Part shown: in pieces, positions 31,402 through 41,059 of the stretch | Layout: the number at the start of each line of letters is the position of its first letter | How positions within the stretch are numbered: the stretch's first letter is position 1 | Origin: an uncultured Oscillospiraceae bacterium | GTDB taxonomy: Bacteria; Bacillota; Clostridia; Oscillospirales; Acutalibacteraceae | Assembly (NCBI GenBank): GCA_900543525.1 | Contig: UQRS01000001.1 | Location: 1-63,610, forward strand | DNA length: 63,610 nt | Reading direction: 5' to 3' | Program-made: the position numbers and the translations under genes | Notes under the pieces: generated by a model | Database searches by the model: none | What the model saw: only the letters and a program-made list of their open reading frames with translations | What the model was told of the DNA's origin: nothing

Positions 31402-31697
31402 GGCTGAGTGTTAACAAGGAAGTATTGGTTTCTCGCATAAAAATCCATTATTACTTTGTCAAAAAAACTCGCAAGGCGCCAGCCTTGCCTCGCTTTTCGA
31501 CTTCTTAATAAAGAATTTTTAAAGCTACGAAACCGCAAGGCACTTCAAAATGATATATTTTTGATACAAGAAAAGGCAAAATCCCCGAATAATGCTGACG
31601 CCCGCCAAGGTAAAAAGGGCAAAAATCGCCGAAAAGACGCGCTGTCAGGCGTGTTTGTCCTTGTTAACCGATGGTAATGCCTTATTAACACTCAGCC
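31402..31697. repeat. MITE-like element: AT-rich ~240-bp core bounded by inverted repeats GGCTGAGTGTTAACAAGGA / TCCTTGTTAAC...TTAACACTCAGCC
   Basis: The left arm 31402-31420 is the reverse complement of 31658-31668 plus 31685-31697. Lies in a 610-bp spacer between convergent genes. Confidence 0.45.
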
Positions 31698-31741
31698 TTT
31701 GTACGGCAGGCTCTTTCGCCCGGCCGGCGACGGCCGACGAT

Positions 31742-31813
31742 AAAAAAGCGCACCCGCCAAGAGTGGGGGAGGGGTATCGTTCCCTTTTCCCCTTTTGGCG
31801 GGTGTTTTTCTTT
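31742..31813. terminator. Bidirectional terminator between the flavoprotein gene and leuA
   Basis: AAAAAAGCG-CACCCGCCAA ... TTGGCGGGTG-TTTTTCTTT. Confidence 0.6.
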
Positions 31814-31954
31814 ATAAAAATTCGGGCGCAGCTGCCGCTTGACGGAGTCATTAACCGGTCCGGTCAGTCGGTCGCCCGGTTGGATGTGCGGTCGGTCGGA
31901 TGATCGGCCGACGATCTACTTAATCCGGCTGCACGGCCTCCCGGCTGCGAAAAA

Positions 31955-33634
31955 TTACTTTCCAAGCGCCGCACGGTTGATGGCGCAGAGGATCGCCTTG
32001 ATCGAGGCGCGGTTGATGTTCCCGGCGATTCCGACGCCGAAGAGGCTTTTGCCGTCCGGCTTTTTGAGGTTGATGTAACAGATCGCCTTGGAATCCGAGC
32101 CGGTCGAAATCGCGTGCTCGCTGTAGGACAGGAATTCATAATCGGTGATGCCGACGTGGGACAGCGCGTTGAAGAAGGCGTCGATCGGCCCGTTGCCCAC
32201 GCCCTCAATCTCGGTCGGCTTGCCGTCTACCTCCAGACAGCCGCTGAAGCGTACCTTGGACTCGAACTCGCTCGACTCCTCCGTAAAGCCGTGGACGTCG
32301 ATGCGGTATTTGCGCGGAATGTTCAGATACTCGTCGTCAAAGACCTGCTTGACCTCCTCGTTCGACAGCTCGCGGCCGAGTGCGTCGCACTTGGCCGTGA
32401 CGGCCGCCCCGAACTCGGGGTGCATCGCCTTGGGCAGGGTGTAGCCGAAAACGTGCTGCATGATATAGGCCGCGCCGCCCTTGCCCGACTGGGAGTTGAT
32501 GCGGATGATCGGCTCGTACTGCCGGCCGACGTCGGCCGGGTCGATCGGGAGGTAGGGAATCTCCCAATACTCGGTGCCCGACTCCTTCATATACGCGTCG
32601 CCCTTGTTGATGGCGTCCTGATGAGAGCCGGAGAAGGCGGTGAACACCAGCTCGCCGGAGTAGGGGTGCCGCTCTCCGACATGCATTTTGGTGCAGCTTT
32701 CGTACATTTCACGCAGGGCGGGCAGGTCGCTGAAATCCAGCTTCGGGTCAACCCCCTGGGTGTACATGTTCAGTCCCACGGTCACGATGTCGAGGTTGCC
32801 GGTCCGCTCTCCGTTGCCGAAGAGGGTGCCCTCCACACGCTCGGCGCCGGCCAGCATGGCCAGCTCGGCCGCAGCCACGCCGGTGCCGCGGTCATTGTGG
32901 GGATGAATGCTGATGATGGCCCGTTCTCTGCCCGGCAGATGACGGATGAAATATTCCACCTGATCGGCAAAGGTGTTGGGGGTGCACATCTCCACCGTGT
33001 TGGGCAGGTTGAGGATGACCGGGTTTTCGGCCGTCGCGCCCAGCGCGTCCAGCACAGCGGCGCAGATGTCCACCGCAAACTCCGGCTCGGTACCCGAAAA
33101 GCTCTCGGGAGAGTATTCGTACCGGATGTTGCAGCCGTCCGTCTCCGCCTCGGTCAGCTCACGGATGAGCTTGGCGCCCTCTACCGCAATCTCGGTAATG
33201 CCGGCGCAGTCCTTGCGGAAAACGACCTTGCGCTGCAGCGTGGAGGTCGAATTGTAAAAATGCACAATGACGTTTTTGGCACCCCGGATGGCCTCAAACG
33301 TGCGGCGGATCAGATGGGGGCGCGCCTGCACCAGCACCTGAATCCAGACGTCGTCGGGGATGAGATTTTTTTCAATCAGCTCGCGGCAGATTTCATACTC
33401 GGTCTCATTGGCCGAGGGGAAGCCGATCTCAATCTCCTTAAAGCCCATGTCGCACAGCGCCTTGAAGAAGGTCAGCTTCTCCTCCATATTCATGGGATTG
33501 ACCAGCGCCTGGTTTCCGTCGCGCAGATCCACGCTGCACCAGACCGGCGCCTTGTCGATCACCCGGCTCGGCCACTGGCGGTCGGGCAGATCAATCTGCT
33601 TGAACGGAATATATTTTTCGTACCCTTGTTTCAT
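31955..33634 (-). CDS. leuA: 2-isopropylmalate synthase (long LeuA form)
   Basis: MKQGYEKYIPFKQIDLPDRQWPS..., WCSVDLRDGNQAL, HPHNDRGTG. Start ATG 33634 after GAAGGAG; the 648-aa track ORF runs back through the T-box leader. Confidence 0.93.
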   Translation of the reverse strand: MKQGYEKYIPFKQIDLPDRQWPSRVIDKAPVWCSVDLRDGNQALVNPMNMEEKLTFFKALCDMGFKEIEIGFPSANETEYEICRELIEKNLIPDDVWIQVLVQARPHLIRRTFEAIRGAKNVIVHFYNSTSTLQRKVVFRKDCAGITEIAVEGAKLIRELTEAETDGCNIRYEYSPESFSGTEPEFAVDICAAVLDALGATAENPVILNLPNTVEMCTPNTFADQVEYFIRHLPGRERAIISIHPHNDRGTGVAAAELAMLAGAERVEGTLFGNGERTGNLDIVTVGLNMYTQGVDPKLDFSDLPALREMYESCTKMHVGERHPYSGELVFTAFSGSHQDAINKGDAYMKESGTEYWEIPYLPIDPADVGRQYEPIIRINSQSGKGGAAYIMQHVFGYTLPKAMHPEFGAAVTAKCDALGRELSNEEVKQVFDDEYLNIPRKYRIDVHGFTEESSEFESKVRFSGCLEVDGKPTEIEGVGNGPIDAFFNALSHVGITDYEFLSYSEHAISTGSDSKAICYINLKKPDGKSLFGVGIAGNINRASIKAILCAINRAALGK

Positions 33635-33693
33635 GTGTAGACACTCCTTCATAAGCTTTGGATTGTTCGGCTCTGTGAGTCGGCGAAGAAAAT

Positions 33694-33966
33694 AAAAAAA
33701 TCCCCGTCCCAAAACAGGGACGGGGAAAGCTTTCCACGTGGTACCACCCATATTCGGCCTTTGCTTTTTTGCAAAAGCCCTTCGCCAGCCTCTAACAAGG
33801 CCTGACCTTTTAACGGAGATCGTCCGGCGCGCCCTATAAAAAGAATCAGACGCGCAACTCAGGGATGAGCTATACATACCCGACTTCCCATCGGCTCGCA
33901 CCGGCCGCCGACTCTCTTCATGGTGAAGGCAGGGTATCTTTTTCCCGTCGCAGTTTTTAAAGATTT
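33694..33966 (-). promoter_or_regulatory. T-box leader (leucine) with intrinsic terminator
   Basis: Minus strand carries AGAGAGT near the 5' end, the conserved T-box AATATGGGTGGTACCACG (33736-33754), and the terminator CCCCGTCCC-TGTTTT-GGGACGGGG + T7 (33694-33725). Leu codons CUC (33867-33869) and CUG lie on the 3' side of stem I. Confidence 0.8.
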
Positions 33967-33972
33967 GCTGTT

Positions 33973-34001
33973 ATTATATGCCGGCGTTTCGGATTTGTCA
34001 A
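33973..34001 (-). promoter_or_regulatory. Sigma-A promoter for the leuA T-box leader
   Basis: Minus strand TTGACA (33996-34001) - 17 nt - TATAAT (33973-33978). Confidence 0.65.
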
Positions 34002-34060
34002 GAGCGCGCGGAAAAAATTTTTCTTTTCGCGCCCTGTTTGCTCCGGCTTTGAAAGGGCTG

Positions 34061-35332
34061 CTACCGCAGGGCGTTCATAACCATGCCGGTAATCAGCTTG
34101 GGGTAGAAATAGGTGGATTTCTGCGGCATTTTTTCGCCCGCGGCGGCAACGTCGCGAATCTCCTCCACCCGGGTGGGGTTGAGCAGAAAGGCGCAGTCGG
34201 CCGCGCCGCTGTCCACGGCGGCGACCGCCTCCCCCTCGTCCCGGGTGTAGACCAGATTCTTTCCGGCCGCCATGTTCGCCTTGTCGATGCCGAACAGCCG
34301 CTCGAGCACCAGCGTGTGCAGCACGCTGACGTCCAGCCCGCGCAGCGCGGGAGAGGCGTCCGGCAGAAGCTGCTCCATAACCGAGGAATCGCGCAGCGTC
34401 AGCAGAGTGTAGCGCCCGCTGTACAGTGCAAATGCCTTCTTCCCCGCGGCGTAAGCCGCATCCAGCGCCGCCTTTGCGGCTTTGCCGTCGGCGAGGTCGG
34501 CAAGGTCAAAGCAGCTGCGGCATTTCTCCAGCACATCCGCTGCCCGGAAGCCGTCAAGGCCGCGTACAATCCGGTGGGTCGGAAAAACAACCAGCCCCGG
34601 GTGCTCCATCGCGACCAGGCACATCATCACATAATCGGCCGCGCCGCTTTGCGGCGCCTCCCCCTTTTCCGCCAGCGCACGGCGGTAAGCAAGGGCGGTT
34701 TCGTACCGGTGATGGCCGTCGGCGATGTAGAGCTTTTTATCGGCGAACCGGCGGCATAGCTCGGCGGTCTGCGCGTTTTCGGGCACAATCCACAGGCGGT
34801 GGGTCACCCCGTCGCCGTCGGTCAGTTCCTGATCGGGCGCGCCGGACGAAAGCCGGTCGAGCAGCTCGCCGCAGCCTCCGTCATCGTTGTATAAGGAGTA
34901 GATCTGGCTGAAATTGCAGCGGGTCGCCTGCATCAGATCGAAGCGGTCGGTCTTGGCCTTGGACAAGGTTTCCTCATGCGGGAGGATGACGCCGGCCGAA
35001 AATTCCTCCAGCTTCACCCGGCAGATGAAGCCCTTCACCGCGTAAGAGCGGCCGTGGGCGGTAAACGCCTCTTCATAAATATAGATTGCGGGGGTCGGAT
35101 CGACCGCAACCGAGCCTTCGGCCTCCCACTCCGAGAGGGTGCGCCCCGCCTCCAGATAGGGGTTCTCCCCCTCGCGCGGCAGCTCCAGCCGGATGACGTT
35201 GTGCGGGTTCTGCCGGAGATAGGCGCGCCGCTCCTCCTCACTGATGATGTCGTAGGGCGGGCAGACCAGCTCGCCGATCGGGCCGGCCTTTTCGGTAAAG
35301 CGCAGGGCTTTAAAAGGTTTGATCTGAGCCAA
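34061..35332 (-). CDS. DUF1015 domain-containing protein
   Basis: MAQIKPFKALRFTEKAG..VCPPYDIIS N-terminus is characteristic of DUF1015. Confidence 0.85.
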   Translation of the reverse strand: MAQIKPFKALRFTEKAGPIGELVCPPYDIISEEERRAYLRQNPHNVIRLELPREGENPYLEAGRTLSEWEAEGSVAVDPTPAIYIYEEAFTAHGRSYAVKGFICRVKLEEFSAGVILPHEETLSKAKTDRFDLMQATRCNFSQIYSLYNDDGGCGELLDRLSSGAPDQELTDGDGVTHRLWIVPENAQTAELCRRFADKKLYIADGHHRYETALAYRRALAEKGEAPQSGAADYVMMCLVAMEHPGLVVFPTHRIVRGLDGFRAADVLEKCRSCFDLADLADGKAAKAALDAAYAAGKKAFALYSGRYTLLTLRDSSVMEQLLPDASPALRGLDVSVLHTLVLERLFGIDKANMAAGKNLVYTRDEGEAVAAVDSGAADCAFLLNPTRVEEIRDVAAAGEKMPQKSTYFYPKLITGMVMNALR

Positions 35333-35606
35333 GGGTATCCTTCCTTTCGGTGATGCGAATTTGCCTCTTTATTGTAACGGCTGAAAAAGAAAAGGTCAAC
35401 GCTTTTTGCGCCGGAGGAGAGGCTTTTTGTGGCCGCGCACCGAAAAAGCTTTCCCTTTCCCGCAATTTATGATACAATATTTAAAAATCGTTTACAATCC
35501 CGACGCGTTTATCGTGTACACTGTATGTATATTATGCCAACAGGGGGCGTTTGGCTTCGGCCGAAAACGCGCTCTTCATGCTGCAACGAAAGGAATGGTT
35601 CGCAAA

Positions 35607-36659
35607 ATGATCGAGGTTGCAAATCTGAGCAAAAGATACGGCAGCCACCTCGCCGTCAACGACGTCAGCTTCCGGGTTGAGGACGGGGAGGTTCTCGGAT
35701 TTCTCGGCCCGAACGGCGCCGGAAAATCCACCATTATGAATATTCTGACCGGCTATCTTTCGCCGACGCAGGGGAAGGTGACGGTCGACGGGTATGACAT
35801 TCTCGACAACCCGGATGAGGCCAAGCGCCACATCGGCTATCTGCCCGAGCTGCCGCCCCTTTATCTCGACATGACGGTGAAGGAGTATCTGAATTTCATA
35901 TTCGAGCTGAAAAAGGTGCGCCTGCCCCGCAAGCCGCATCTGGAGGAAATCTGCCGTCTGGTCCGGATTGAGGATGTTTATAACCGGCTGATCAAGAATC
36001 TTTCAAAGGGCTATCGCCAGCGGGTCGGCATTGCACAGGCGCTGATCGGCAACCCCGACGTGCTGATTCTGGACGAGCCGACCGTCGGCCTCGATCCCAA
36101 GCAGATTATCGAGATCCGCACCCTCATCCACCAGCTCGGCAAAAACCATACGGTTATCCTTTCCTCCCACATTTTGTCGGAGATTCAGGCGGTCTGCCGC
36201 CGGATCATCGTCATCAATAAGGGCGAGATGATCGCCGACGACACGCCGGAGAATCTCTCCCGCCTTTTGTCCGACGACCACTCCCTGACCTATCGCATCG
36301 CCGGCCCCAAGCAGGATGTGCTGCGGGCGATCGGGTCGATTCCGACGGTCAAGAGTATTCAGTTCGTCGGCAGCCGGGAAAAAGGCGTCGGCGACTTTGT
36401 GGTTGAGCCGCTGGGCGCAGCCGATGTGCGGCGTGCCGTTTTCGACCGGCTGGCCGAGCGGCGCTGGCCGGTTGTGGAGCTGTCGACCAACGAGCTGACG
36501 CTGGAGCAGATATTCCTGCGCCTGACCGACGGCGCTTCCAACCAGCGGTTCCGTGAGCTGATGAAGGCCAAAGCGGCCGAAAAGGACGCGGCGCCGGCAG
36601 CGGCGACAGCACCCGCACAGCCGGAGTCCGGCGTGGAAGAAAAGGAGGATGAGGCGTAA
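35607..36659 (+). CDS. ABC transporter ATP-binding protein (GldA-like)
   Basis: MIEVANLSKRYG..., Walker A GPNGAGKST, LSKGYRQR, ILDEPTVGLD, with an Ala/Glu-rich C-terminal tail. ATG 35607 has better RBS spacing than 35595. Confidence 0.9.
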   Translation: MIEVANLSKRYGSHLAVNDVSFRVEDGEVLGFLGPNGAGKSTIMNILTGYLSPTQGKVTVDGYDILDNPDEAKRHIGYLPELPPLYLDMTVKEYLNFIFELKKVRLPRKPHLEEICRLVRIEDVYNRLIKNLSKGYRQRVGIAQALIGNPDVLILDEPTVGLDPKQIIEIRTLIHQLGKNHTVILSSHILSEIQAVCRRIIVINKGEMIADDTPENLSRLLSDDHSLTYRIAGPKQDVLRAIGSIPTVKSIQFVGSREKGVGDFVVEPLGAADVRRAVFDRLAERRWPVVELSTNELTLEQIFLRLTDGASNQRFRELMKAKAAEKDAAPAAATAPAQPESGVEEKEDEA

Positions 36660-37360
36660 TGGCAGCGATTTTTAAAAGAGAGTTCAAGGCGTATTTTACC
36701 TCTCCGGTCGGATATGTTGTCCTGGCCATCTATGCACTGTTCTCGGGCTATTTCTTTGCGTATATGTATGCCAACGGGTATCCGTATACCTCGTTTATCT
36801 TTTCCCAGATGTTCACGATCGTCATGTTTACCGTGCCGATCATCACGATGAAGCTGATGAGTGAGGACAAGCGGCAGAAAACCGATCAGGCCTTGCTGAC
36901 CGCGCCGGTCCGTCTCTCCTCCATCGTGCTGGGGAAATTTTTTGCCGCCCTCTGCTTTTTCCTCCTCGGCTTTGCGGAGACGCTGCTTTTCCAGATCATC
37001 GTCGCCTTTAAGGTCACGCCCGACTGGGCAACCTTCATCGGCAATGTGGTCGGCATCGTCCTCTTTGGCGCGGCTCTGATCGCGGTCGGCCTCTTTGTTT
37101 CGGCCCTGACCGAGAGTCAGGTGGTCGCCGCCATCGGCAGCTTTGCCATCTCGCTTGTGCTGATTCTGATGGACACCTTTGCCCAGATCCTCAATGTGGC
37201 GTGGGTGACCAAAGCGGTCGAGTGGATTTCCTTCAGCGGACGGTACACAACCTTTACCGAGGGGATCCTCGACCTTTCCAACGTCATCTTCTTTTTAAGC
37301 TTTGCCGCACTCTTCCTCTTCCTGACCGTGCGCGTGCTTGAGAAGAAACGCTACGCCTGA
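36659..37360 (+). CDS. ABC-2 family permease (GldF-like)
   Basis: 233 aa, six TM helices. ATG overlaps the ATPase stop (TAATG). Confidence 0.85.
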   Translation: MAAIFKREFKAYFTSPVGYVVLAIYALFSGYFFAYMYANGYPYTSFIFSQMFTIVMFTVPIITMKLMSEDKRQKTDQALLTAPVRLSSIVLGKFFAALCFFLLGFAETLLFQIIVAFKVTPDWATFIGNVVGIVLFGAALIAVGLFVSALTESQVVAAIGSFAISLVLILMDTFAQILNVAWVTKAVEWISFSGRYTTFTEGILDLSNVIFFLSFAALFLFLTVRVLEKKRYA

Positions 37361-37379
37361 CGAAAGGGGGATGGAAACC

Positions 37380-38981
37380 ATGTCGAACAAAATGAATACC
37401 GAACCGGCACAGAAGAAGGTTCGCAGCAGGTTTGCGCTGAAGCACGGCGCTTATTCCATCGCCTTTATCGCGGTGGCCATTGCCGTTTTTATCGTGATCA
37501 ACATTCTTGCCACCGCGCTGGTGCAGCGCTTCCCGCTCAATATTGATCTGACCGAGGGGGGCGACTACTCGGTGTCGGAGAAGAACATCGAGTATATCAA
37601 GGGGATCACCCGTCCGGTGACCATCACGGTCTGCGCAACCGAAGGGGACTACGCAACCTATATGGCGCAGTACGCCTCCTACTACTACAACGCGACCGAC
37701 TCGACCAACGGAAAGTATTATACCCAGGCGATGACCCTCCTGGATGAGTATACCAAGTACAACAGCAATATCCAGGTGGTCTATGCCGACCCGCAGTCGC
37801 CGGAGTTTTCGGATATCAAGGCGCGGGTGGGCTCGTCGGCCAACCTGACCTATGGCTCGATCTTGATTGAGAGCAGCTTTGAGCTGGACGGTCAGCCGGT
37901 GTCGAGAAGCAAGGTGCTTTCCTTTGCCGACCTGTACGATGTTTCCGATTCTGCCGGAGGCTATGCCGCCTACTACGGCACCGGATATGAGCTGACCGGC
38001 TCGAAGGTGGAGTCGGCGGTGACCTCCGCCATTTACAGCGTGACCTCGGACAAGACGACCGAGGTCGCCTACATCACCGCGCACATGAACGGCGCGGCGC
38101 TGGACGCGCTGAACAGCACCCTGGCCGACAACAACTACAACGTTACGGCGATTGACAACCTCATCGGCTACGACATCGACGAGAGTGTGGAGGTTTTGAT
38201 GATCGCCGCGCCTTCCTCGGACTATTCCGGCGCCGAGCTGGAAAAGCTGGACGCCTTCCTCGACAACGGCGGCCAGCGGGGAAAAACGCTGGTGTTCTTC
38301 GGCAGCGCCGACTCGCCCGATCTGCCCAACCTCTATGCCTTTTTGGCCGAGTGGGGCATCAGCTGCATGCCCGGTTCGGTGTATGAGACCGAGGCGAACA
38401 ATATTTATCAGACCAACTATATCTACGGCATGACCAGCAAAAAGAGCGACTACACCTCCTCGACCGACAGCCTGGGACGCCTCTATCTCTGCGGCGGGAA
38501 CATTCCGATGTCGGTCCGGTTTGAGAGTCAGGGGAACCGCACCACGACCGAGGTTATGGCCACCAGCGACACCGTGGTTGTCCGGCCGCTCGGCGTCGGT
38601 GAGGATTGGACGCCCGACAATTCCGCAAAGCAGGCGCTCTCCAGTGTGATCGTATCGCAGGATATGGTCTACGGCAGCAATCATGAGGAGCTGAAAAGCT
38701 ATCTGCTCGCCTTCTCGAGCGTGGATTTTGTCAGCGACGACTGGCTGAACTTTACCGGCACGGTCGGCAATATGGAGCTGACGCTCGGCGTGTTCAACCA
38801 GCTTTCCGGCCGCAACGCCGATGAGGTCACCTTCACCAACAAGACCATCTCGGTCGAGAGCTTCTCGGATCAGGTTACTGTGCTGGCCTCGAACATTGTC
38901 AAGATCATCTTTGTCGGCATTGTGCCGGTGGCGGTCCTTGTCATAGGTATCGTGATCTGGAGCAGGAGGAAAAACAGATGA
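37380..38981 (+). CDS. GldG-family ABC-transport auxiliary protein
   Basis: N- and C-terminal TM anchors flank a large extracytoplasmic domain. Its position after the GldA/GldF-like genes is the standard arrangement. Confidence 0.75.
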   Translation: MSNKMNTEPAQKKVRSRFALKHGAYSIAFIAVAIAVFIVINILATALVQRFPLNIDLTEGGDYSVSEKNIEYIKGITRPVTITVCATEGDYATYMAQYASYYYNATDSTNGKYYTQAMTLLDEYTKYNSNIQVVYADPQSPEFSDIKARVGSSANLTYGSILIESSFELDGQPVSRSKVLSFADLYDVSDSAGGYAAYYGTGYELTGSKVESAVTSAIYSVTSDKTTEVAYITAHMNGAALDALNSTLADNNYNVTAIDNLIGYDIDESVEVLMIAAPSSDYSGAELEKLDAFLDNGGQRGKTLVFFGSADSPDLPNLYAFLAEWGISCMPGSVYETEANNIYQTNYIYGMTSKKSDYTSSTDSLGRLYLCGGNIPMSVRFESQGNRTTTEVMATSDTVVVRPLGVGEDWTPDNSAKQALSSVIVSQDMVYGSNHEELKSYLLAFSSVDFVSDDWLNFTGTVGNMELTLGVFNQLSGRNADEVTFTNKTISVESFSDQVTVLASNIVKIIFVGIVPVAVLVIGIVIWSRRKNR

Positions 38982-40717
38982 GCCATCCGTTTGAAGAGGA
39001 AAACCGCCCCCTGACTCCGGGGGAGGATGTGCCCCCGGCTGCCGGAGCCGCGCCGGAGGCGGCCGGGACTCCGGCCGGGGAGGATGCCGCCCCGATTGAG
39101 GCGGCTTCCGAGGATTCCTTCGGCTATGAGGAGTATGACGGGAGCGAGGTGGATCTTTCCGGCTCGACCGTTTTTGGTGAGACGCCGGTGGAGGATAAGC
39201 GGAAGCCGGCCGGCAAGAGCCGGCGGGTTCGCAACATCATCGCGGCCGTGCTGGTGCTGGCCATTCTGGCCGGATCGGCCGTCGCGATCGTCAAGTTCAT
39301 CCCGACCGAGGAGGAGGCAGCCTCCTCCAGCAGTACAGCCGTGTCCATGAACATCCCGGTCGCCTCGATCGCGGAGGAGGACATCACCGCGATTACACTG
39401 CAAAACGAAACCGGCAGCTTTACCCTGCGTCCCAAGGTGGAGGAAGCCTCCTCCACGACCTCGTCTGGCAGTGAGGAGGTCACCAACTGGTATGTGGAGG
39501 GGATGAGCAACTCCTACATCAACACCACAACCAGCGGCGTGTTTGCCGACAACGCTGCCGCCATTACGGCCACCCGCCTGATGGCGAGCGGGGTGGAGGA
39601 CTTTTCCCTCTACGGCCTGGACACGCCGGTAATCACGCTGGAGGTCACGGGCAAAAGCGGGGAAGGGTATACCCTGTATTTTGGCGGAGATTCTCCGGCC
39701 GCCGACGGCAAGTACGCCCGTCTGGCCGGGTCGAATGACGTTTACCTGATCGGATCGTCCACCGTCGGCGATTTTGAGGTGGGTGTTTACTACTTCATCA
39801 ATGTGGTCATGTTCCCCGCCGTTTCTTCGGAGGAGGGGACGGCAGCCTACTTTGACAGCGACGGCGCTCTGTCCAAGGTTGATTCGGTGGTGATCAGCGG
39901 AACGGCCTATGCCTCGCCCATTACCATCACCAGCAATCCTTATGACGCCTCCTCCTACATTCCTTACATCATGACGGCGCCGGTGCGGCAGAACGTTATG
40001 GGAGATGCGGGTGACGCGCTGATTTCTCCGATTAAAACCGGACTTACGGGCGACGGCGCCTATGCGGTAGAGCCGGACGCGGCCACCCTTGCCAAATATC
40101 ACATGGATACGCCGCAGGTTGTGGTCGAGTACTCGGTCGGCAGCTATCACAAGCGGCTGAAAATCTCTGCCGTCGACGGGGATGACAGCTATTATGCCGT
40201 CATGCACGACGATGTGCCGGTGATTTACAAGGTGGCGAAATCCACCCTCCCCTTCGCCGGATACAGCCAGACCGATTATTACAACAACTACATCCTGCTG
40301 GACGACATCAGCACGATTTCGTCGGTCACGGTTTCTACCTCGGCCGGGACGCATGTCTACAACCTTTCCCATTCGACCGATGAGAATGAGAATAAGGTGG
40401 TCACCGTCACTTGCGACGGCGTCGTGCGGGAGAGCGCGAGCTTCCAGAACCTCTATCAGTTCATGCTTTCCTGCTACGCGACCGAGTTCACGACCGAGGC
40501 GGCGCCCGCCGGGTCGGAGAGCGCGCTGCAGCTCACCTTCCGTTACACCGACGCCGCGCGGGAGAGCCTGCAGGTCTCCTTCGCCAAGACAAGCGACCGC
40601 CGCTACCATATCACGGTCAACGGCACGCCTCTGGGCTATGCCTTCTCCACCACGGTGGAGAGCCTGATCGGGTATGAGAACGGATACTATAACGGCGGCA
40701 CGGTGCCCAAGCCGTAA
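38978..40717 (+). CDS. DUF4340-like membrane-anchored protein
   Basis: Acidic/Pro-rich N-terminus, single TM helix (IIAAVLVLAILAGSAVAIV), large extracellular domain. Overlaps the GldG stop by 4 nt and is the usual fourth gene of this cluster. Confidence 0.65.
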   Translation: MSHPFEEENRPLTPGEDVPPAAGAAPEAAGTPAGEDAAPIEAASEDSFGYEEYDGSEVDLSGSTVFGETPVEDKRKPAGKSRRVRNIIAAVLVLAILAGSAVAIVKFIPTEEEAASSSSTAVSMNIPVASIAEEDITAITLQNETGSFTLRPKVEEASSTTSSGSEEVTNWYVEGMSNSYINTTTSGVFADNAAAITATRLMASGVEDFSLYGLDTPVITLEVTGKSGEGYTLYFGGDSPAADGKYARLAGSNDVYLIGSSTVGDFEVGVYYFINVVMFPAVSSEEGTAAYFDSDGALSKVDSVVISGTAYASPITITSNPYDASSYIPYIMTAPVRQNVMGDAGDALISPIKTGLTGDGAYAVEPDAATLAKYHMDTPQVVVEYSVGSYHKRLKISAVDGDDSYYAVMHDDVPVIYKVAKSTLPFAGYSQTDYYNNYILLDDISTISSVTVSTSAGTHVYNLSHSTDENENKVVTVTCDGVVRESASFQNLYQFMLSCYATEFTTEAAPAGSESALQLTFRYTDAARESLQVSFAKTSDRRYHITVNGTPLGYAFSTTVESLIGYENGYYNGGTVPKP

Positions 40718-40740
40718 GGCCGGCATAAGCTGAATTTTAA

Positions 40741-40782
40741 AAAAGCCCGGTTCCCGGATATGGGAGCCGGGCTTTCGTTTCG
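40741..40782 (+). terminator. Intrinsic terminator after the DUF4340 gene
   Basis: AAAAAAGCCCGG(T)TCCC ... GGGAGCCGGGCTTTCGTTT. Confidence 0.7.
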
Positions 40783-40996
40783 CCCGCCCTTCTTCCGCCG
40801 CCGGCCGGGTTCGGAGGATATTCCCGCCTTTCTCCCCGGCTGTGCCGCACATACTGTATAAGGGACAGAGCCGGCCGCCCGGCTGTCCGGCTGCGCGGTA
40901 GGAGAACGGGGCGGCTCACCCCCTCTCTCTACAAAAAATTTAAAAAATTTTGTGCAAAAATACACTGTTTATTTCTTTGCAATTGTGGTACTATAG

Positions 40997-41044
40997 ACAT
41001 CAACATCTTGTGTATCTGTGTATATGACACACCGATATATTGCG
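40997..41044. promoter_or_regulatory. Two candidate NrdR boxes upstream of nrdD
   Basis: ACATCAACATCTTGTGT (40997-41013) and ACACCGATATATTGCG (41029-41044) resemble the acaCwAtATaTwGtgt NrdR palindrome. They are spaced about 32 bp centre to centre. Confidence 0.45.
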
Positions 41045-41059
41045 AAAGGAACGAGGATT

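Noticed and set aside
31456-31677. 73-aa ORF (and a 43-aa ORF from 31378) inside the AT-rich MITE-like element.
   Set aside because: There is no convincing RBS, the composition is Lys/Arg-rich and low-complexity, and the ORF runs across the inverted repeats. It is more likely non-coding.
33635-33901. 89-residue N-terminal extension of leuA in the track ORF.
   Set aside because: It overlaps the T-box leader and its terminator. The conserved LeuA sequence and the RBS start at 33634.
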